A stretch of DNA of 50,632 bases from Octopus bimaculoides (lineage: Eukaryota). Positions 49,910-50,632 of the stretch are shown one piece after another. How positions within the stretch are numbered: the first letter of the stretch is position 1; every line of letters starts with the position of its first letter. Made by a program: the position numbers and the translations under genes. The stretch covers positions 120,308,385-120,359,016 of the forward strand of contig NC_068985.1 in NCBI RefSeq assembly GCF_001194135.2, in the 5' to 3' direction. Under the pieces are notes generated by a model. That model searched no databases, was not told the DNA's origin, and was given only the letters and a program-made list of their open reading frames with translations.

Positions 49910-50632
49910 AATAATACCCACACAAATATTAAAAACGATATAATCAGAAGAGTCACAACCCATGAATTTATTCAGAACAATTCAAATCACTAGTATTACA
50001 AACACAACAGGTCACGTTTAGATTACTTGATCATATACTTGATCATATACTTTAGCTATACTATTTAAAGCTAAAGACGTTTATTTAATTATAATTAAAA
50101 ATCAATTGAATAATAGAAAAATATAAGATTATTTATTTCTACAAACGTAATAATAAAAATATGAATGAAAAAATTATGAATGGAAAAATTATGAATGAAA
50201 AAATTAGGAAAGAAAAAATTATTAAGACTAAAAGATTAAACTTTATATATATATACAAAGTTTTAACTTTTAAAAAATCTTTAATGATATTATAAACTAT
50301 AAAGATTAATTATTAATCAAATATTATTAATCAAAGATAATCGAAAATATATCAACGCTATTCAAATCGAAGTTCTAATATTGTGTTGAAACGAAACTAT
50401 AACTTCTAAATAATTTAGTGTTAAATAAGTTATCTATTAAAAATAATCTATAAAGAACCAAATGAATAATATAAAAAACAAGAATACATATTATTTTCAA
50501 ATAGTAGAAAATCTTTAGCAAAGTAAAAAACAGTACTTATCCAAATTTTTCCGTAATTCAAACTGAAAACTAAGACGTTATCTAATAGCTATAGTGTTTT
50601 AATATATATATTTCAAATTAAAGATGAGAAAT

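Overview
AT-rich, microsatellite-dense eukaryotic DNA with ten N gaps, each flanked by simple repeats. No intact host protein-coding gene, RNA gene or CRISPR array can be supported. Nearly all long ORFs in the track are microsatellite or gap read-throughs. The repeat make-up (dense (TA)/(CA)/(AAT)/(CATA)/(GATA) arrays, several tRNA-head SINE families) suggests an octopus or other coleoid cephalopod; this is an inference from recall, not a database result. The interpretable content is decayed mobile DNA. It includes a full-length 1230-bp Tc1-like transposon with DD36E spacing, a mariner-type MITE, a 211-bp foldback element and three Penelope-like GIY-YIG remnants with hammerhead-ribozyme relics. 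It also includes two groups of restriction-like-endonuclease (RLE) LINEs sitting in (AAT)n or (CATA)n arrays, RTE, Tx1/L1 and Ty3/Gypsy remnants, and about 20 SINE copies. The best leads are: the DD36E element; an apparently (CATA)n-targeting RLE LINE trimer; one RLE ORF split across 12.4 kb by a 21-bp direct repeat; the hammerhead relics; a possible bistable hairpin cassette in a SINE tail; inverted repeats that could form dsRNA; and two frame-preserving microexon candidates. SINE and repeat family labels A, C, D and E are working names. Boundaries of decayed elements are approximate.
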